DNA of 64,000 nucleotides from a bacterium (GTDB lineage Bacteria; Patescibacteriota; Microgenomatia; Woykebacterales; RBG-16-39-9b): NCBI GenBank assembly GCA_030704665.1, contig JAUYID010000009.1, positions 160,454 to 224,453 of the forward strand, read 5' to 3'. Shown piece by piece: positions 60,281 to 64,000 of this stretch (position 1 is its first letter; each line of letters starts with the position of its first letter). The notes under the pieces were generated by a model. It saw only the letters and a program-made list of their open reading frames with translations, ran no database searches and was not told where the DNA came from. The position numbers and the translations under genes were made by a program.

Positions 60281-60761
60281 GTTTGGAGACCTCTGTAGAG
60301 GGCAGCTACAGCTAAGTGTTCCAACCAAATTTTTTAAAAGAAACTATCTGGAGGAAATCGTGCGCGACAATACCTATTTGCAGTCACGTCTTGACTGGCT
60401 TTGGGAAAAATACTTTCCCGATGTTGAACAGAAGAACAAAGTTTATATCAAATTTGGCCGAGCCGCAAAGTATCGCTTTGGCTCGATCAGACTTTGCTAC
60501 GAGGACAACGGCAGCCACATTCTCATCAACGGGATCTTTAAAGACGATGAGTTTCCCAAAGAAATCATTGATCATACGATTGCCCATGAGATGGTTCATT
60601 ACGCCCAGGGTTTTTCCTCACTCCGACCCCAAATGCACTCCTATCCGCACCGCGGTGGGGTGATTGACAAAGAACTTAATGATCGAGGTTTAAAGCATTT
60701 AGTTTTCTTCTACAACGTTTGGATCGTGCAGTACAAAAAAAGTCTAGGAATTTTCGACTGA
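60273..60761 (+). CDS. SprT-like zinc-metallopeptidase-domain protein
   Basis: HExxH motif TIAHEMVHYAQGF with a downstream His (HSYPHRGG), typical of SprT-like/DUF45 proteins. Overlaps the leuS stop by 8 nt. Confidence 0.5.
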   Translation: MFKFGDLCRGQLQLSVPTKFFKRNYLEEIVRDNTYLQSRLDWLWEKYFPDVEQKNKVYIKFGRAAKYRFGSIRLCYEDNGSHILINGIFKDDEFPKEIIDHTIAHEMVHYAQGFSSLRPQMHSYPHRGGVIDKELNDRGLKHLVFFYNVWIVQYKKSLGIFD

Positions 60762-60855
60762 GTCTCCAAACAAACTTTACTCCTCTAAAAACTCAAAATT
60801 TACTCTTGAAATTCTTTTACTTGCTCCTTATACTGCGATAAGAAAATTTTCTGCT

Positions 60856-61431
60856 ATGGAAGAGAACCCCGTTGTGGATTCAATTTTAGAGTTTACTGAC
60901 AAAAACAAGGTCCCAATTTTACTCGGGTTGGGCGGTATCGTGTTTGTTCTCCTTGGTCTTCTGGCCCCTAGTTTTAGCAAAAGCAAAACCCTCCCTGAGA
61001 TTACAGAGTCTGGAAGCAGCAACTCGTTCATTAGAGTAGATGTTGAAGGCGCTGTCAACAAACCCGGGGTCCATCGAGTTGCGAGTGATGGTCGGGTTGA
61101 GGATGCCCTCAGGGAGGCCGGAGGTTTGAACAAGGAGGCAGACAGGGAAAGAATTGCCGAAACCATCAACCTAGCAGCCAAGCTCATCGACGGCCAGAAG
61201 ATTTATTTCTTTCAAATCAATGATCAGAGCAGCCCTGCCTCTTCCTCAACCTTGATCAATATCAACCTAGCTACTAGCAAAGATCTCGATACTTTGCCAG
61301 GAATTGGCCCAGTCACGGCCGAGAAAATAATTAACGCCCGACCCTTTGCTAGTATTGAGGATCTCAAAGCAAGAAAAGTTGTTTCCAACTCAGTTTACGA
61401 AAAAATCAAGGATTTGATTAGTGCCAACTAA
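60856..61431 (+). CDS. comEA: Competence protein ComEA (TM anchor, SLBB domain, tandem helix-hairpin-helix)
   Basis: TM helix. IRVDVEGAVNKPGVHRV (SLBB). INLATSKDLDTLPGIGPVTAEKII (HhH). Confidence 0.8.
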   Translation: MEENPVVDSILEFTDKNKVPILLGLGGIVFVLLGLLAPSFSKSKTLPEITESGSSNSFIRVDVEGAVNKPGVHRVASDGRVEDALREAGGLNKEADRERIAETINLAAKLIDGQKIYFFQINDQSSPASSSTLININLATSKDLDTLPGIGPVTAEKIINARPFASIEDLKARKVVSNSVYEKIKDLISAN

Positions 61432-62626
61432 AAAAACAGCCGTTCTTCTTTTAGTTATCTTTATCTCGGCTTTGCTTTGGGTGCGTTGGGTCATCTACAG
61501 ACAGACCTTACCGGAGATAACCGACCAAGGGAGAGTCACTATCAAAGGGACACTTTTGGAAGAGCCAATCGAAAAAGGGAACTTGTATTTCTTTACTCTC
61601 AACAGAACCAGAGTTTACAGTCGAGAAAACCTTCACTACGGAGAAGTCGTCGGTCTGACCGGAACTCTTGAAAAGGGAAGACTCTACCTTCCTGAGGTAA
61701 AAAGACTAGGGGGCGCAAGTTGGTTAAATTCAAATCTCCACAGACTACGACTTAGCCTCAAGGAAAAAATAAACTTTCTGTTTCCGCAGCCCGAGTCAGG
61801 GTTGATGAATGGGGTTTTGCTGGGAATAAAAAGTGAGCTAAGCCCTGGGCTGGGAGAGGATTTAAAGAGAAACGGAACGATTCATGTGGCAGTTGTTTCC
61901 GGCTACAACATCACTGTTGTTGGCGGCCTCTTTTTGGCTCTAGCAAAATTTTTGGGACGCAAAAAAGCGCTACTTTTAAGTTTGCTTGCGATTTCTTTCT
62001 ACAGTTTGGTTACCGGTCTTGGAGCTCCTACCCTTCGAGCCGCTCTCATGGCTAGTATTGCTTATTTGGGGGTGCTCAGTGGAAGGGTAGTTTACCCGGT
62101 CTACAGCCTTTTTTTGGTTGCTCTTGTTTTGTATTTTCTAAATCCAGAAATAATCTTCGATATTGGTTTTCAGCTTTCTTTTTTCGCTACTCTGGGTATT
62201 TTGCTTTTTTCCGATCGAATCAGAAAGTTCACCAAACGCTTACCAGCTTTGTTAAAGGAAGATTTGGCCATTACCCTTTCTGCCCAGATCTTGGTTGTTC
62301 CAATCATCTTTTATTATTTTGGAACCGTCTCTCTAGTTTCACCTTTGGCTAATGCCCTCACTCTCTGGACTATACCCTTTGTGACTATAGTTGGTTTTGT
62401 AGTACTTTTTATCAGTTTTATCTATTTACCAATGGCCTCAATTTTTGCTTTGCTGCCCCTTTTTGGGCTTAAGTTTTTTATTCTGGTCAACGCCTTTCTT
62501 GCCTCTTTGTCTTTTGCAAGCCTGAGTTTGGAGAAAAACAATCTCTTCTTGCTTTTAGGCTACTATTTAAGCGTGGCTTCTTTAGTAATTTTTTATAAAA
62601 CCAACTATGTTTCTAAAAAAACTTAA
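61421..62626 (+). CDS. comEC: ComEC/Rec2 membrane channel portion (DUF4131 plus competence domain), encoded separately from the MBL domain
   Basis: N-terminal TM plus OB-like region, then about 8 TM helices of the competence domain. Ends 20 nt inside the next ORF in a different frame. Confidence 0.7.
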   Translation: MPTKKTAVLLLVIFISALLWVRWVIYRQTLPEITDQGRVTIKGTLLEEPIEKGNLYFFTLNRTRVYSRENLHYGEVVGLTGTLEKGRLYLPEVKRLGGASWLNSNLHRLRLSLKEKINFLFPQPESGLMNGVLLGIKSELSPGLGEDLKRNGTIHVAVVSGYNITVVGGLFLALAKFLGRKKALLLSLLAISFYSLVTGLGAPTLRAALMASIAYLGVLSGRVVYPVYSLFLVALVLYFLNPEIIFDIGFQLSFFATLGILLFSDRIRKFTKRLPALLKEDLAITLSAQILVVPIIFYYFGTVSLVSPLANALTLWTIPFVTIVGFVVLFISFIYLPMASIFALLPLFGLKFFILVNAFLASLSFASLSLEKNNLFLLLGYYLSVASLVIFYKTNYVSKKT

Positions 62627-63470
62627 ACCAATTCATTTTCTAATCCTGACTTTGGCCCTGAGCGCGACCTTTTTTTCTTTGCTCTATTTTCAAAGGCCAG
62701 ACAGTAAGCTTCATATCAAAATTTATGATGTTGGCCAAGGGGACTCAATCTTTATCCGCACCGCCGCTGGCTACAAAATCTTGGTTGATGGAGGTCCGGA
62801 CAATTCAGTTCTTGAGCAACTAGCCAAAGACATTCCGGCTTGGGATCACAAAATTGACTTTTTGATTCTTACTCATCCTCAAGCAGATCACCTTACCGGT
62901 CTTATAGAAGTGGTCAAAAGGTATCAAATAGGTAAGTTAATCTATAGCGGAGTGGTCAACAACACCAAAAACTACAAAACCTGGGAGGAACTAGTCGAGG
63001 AGAAAAAGATTGACAAAGAGATTGTCAGCGCCGGAGAAGAAATAAATTTTCCTGATAAAACCGAGATCAAATTTCTTTGGCCCAGAGAAGAGCACCCAAT
63101 TGTCAAAGACCTTAATGAAGCCTGTGTAGTTTTTGAATTGAACTTCGGCAACTTCTCTGGTCTCTTTACTGGGGACGCAGATCAACAAGTTCAGCCCTAC
63201 AGCGGAAACATTGGTGAGATAGATTTTCTTAAAGTACCCCACCACGGCTCTAAAACTTCTTTGCAGCCAACCTTCTTTATGAGACTTTCACCCACTGTTT
63301 CAGCGATATCGGTGGGAGCGAAAAACAAGTACGGGCATCCACGAGCAGAGCTATTAAATTTGTTAACCTCAATAAAAGATAACAAAGTCTATCGTACTGA
63401 TAAAAACGGTACAATAGAAGTTGTTAGTGACGGTCAAAGCTGGTACACTAGCCTAGAAAGAGGTAACTAA
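62607..63470 (+). CDS. comEC: ComEC C-terminal metallo-beta-lactamase domain as a separate ORF
   Basis: N-terminal TM, ILTHPQADHLTGL (HxHxDH), VPHHGSKTS. Typical of the ComEC nuclease domain. Confidence 0.7.
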   Translation: MFLKKLKPIHFLILTLALSATFFSLLYFQRPDSKLHIKIYDVGQGDSIFIRTAAGYKILVDGGPDNSVLEQLAKDIPAWDHKIDFLILTHPQADHLTGLIEVVKRYQIGKLIYSGVVNNTKNYKTWEELVEEKKIDKEIVSAGEEINFPDKTEIKFLWPREEHPIVKDLNEACVVFELNFGNFSGLFTGDADQQVQPYSGNIGEIDFLKVPHHGSKTSLQPTFFMRLSPTVSAISVGAKNKYGHPRAELLNLLTSIKDNKVYRTDKNGTIEVVSDGQSWYTSLERGN

Positions 63471-63472
63471 AC

Positions 63473-64000
63473 TTGATTAAACAAGAAATAAGCTATTTAT
63501 TGAAGCAAGCTCTTGAGCAAATTCCCTTGGAAAACAAAGATATTTCCACGGAGGTTTTCAAAGGAAAGTTCGGAGATTATTCGACTAATCTAGCCTTTAA
63601 GCTTGCTGAAGCTAACAATAGCAAAGATACTAGCGAGATTGCTAAAAAAATCGTGGCTGAGATAAAAAATAACAACCTTTTTGAAAAGGTCGAAATAGCC
63701 GCGCAAGGCTTTATTAACTTCTATTTAAGCCCTGAGTTTCTCCAAAAAGAGCTACAAATAATAACCGAAAAAAAAGAAAGCTTTTCGCGACTAGAAATTA
63801 ATAAAGGAAAAAGTGCGCGAGTAGAATACATCTCGGCGAATCCAACTGGCCCGCTGCATTTGGGCAACGCCAGAGGAGGCCCTTTGGGTGATACTCTAGC
63901 CAATGTTTTGGCGGAATCTGGCTACCAGGTTTTAAGAGAGTACGTTCACAACGATATCGGAGGTCAAGTTGAAAGACTGGGCAGATCACTTTTTCACTAT
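63473..64000 (+). CDS. argS: Arginyl-tRNA synthetase, N-terminal part (runs off the window). TTG start.
   Basis: N-terminal anticodon-binding-like 'Arg_tRNA_synt_N' pattern. HIGH-class motif SANPTGPLHLGNARGG. SD gaaagagg 7 nt upstream of the TTG. Confidence 0.75.
   Translation, partial: MIKQEISYLLKQALEQIPLENKDISTEVFKGKFGDYSTNLAFKLAEANNSKDTSEIAKKIVAEIKNNNLFEKVEIAAQGFINFYLSPEFLQKELQIITEKKESFSRLEINKGKSARVEYISANPTGPLHLGNARGGPLGDTLANVLAESGYQVLREYVHNDIGGQVERLGRSLFHY

Overview
This 64 kb window is a low-GC (about 40-45% by eye) bacterial chromosome segment using the standard genetic code. Its gene content is Gram-positive-like and resembles CPR/Patescibacteria: LPXTG sortase substrates, giant surface proteins, clpC-radA-yacL synteny, and split comEC. 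It opens with the 3' part of an rRNA operon (tRNA-Ile, tRNA-Ala, 23S, 5S). A toxin-like cassette array follows immediately. Two genes in that array share a conserved terminator, ribosome-binding site and 24-aa N-terminal leader but carry different payloads. One payload looks like a diphtheria-toxin/exotoxin-A-type (H-Y-E) ADP-ribosyltransferase. A GC-rich FabD-like acyltransferase gene sits between the two toxin-like genes. Housekeeping genes are folC, an S1-domain protein, clpC, radA, a yacL-like PIN/TRAM gene, rho, obg, leuS, argS (partial), an F-type ATP synthase operon, comEA and comEC. The ATP synthase operon is atypical: it has no atpB, and its first gene fuses a c-subunit-like region (lacking the conserved carboxylate) to a secreted N-terminal domain. 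Two tRNA-Ala genes lie on the minus strand. A two-component system, several surface-protein loci, and a second GC-rich island (17.96-19.72 kb) encoding a Pro/Thr-rich secreted protein are also present. Two giant membrane proteins (2370 and 1645 aa) carry cytoplasmic N-terminal DNA-binding-like domains: tandem MerR-HTH-like in one, tandem integrase SAM-like in the other. Each then has one transmembrane helix and a very large extracellular region, and they share a C-terminal module. Three 23-bp direct repeats overlap the promoter of the second giant gene. A GIY-YIG gene flanked by repeated hairpins, a frameshifted four-helix-bundle gene, and a consensus sigma70 promoter driving about 480 nt of unassigned non-coding sequence are further points of interest.
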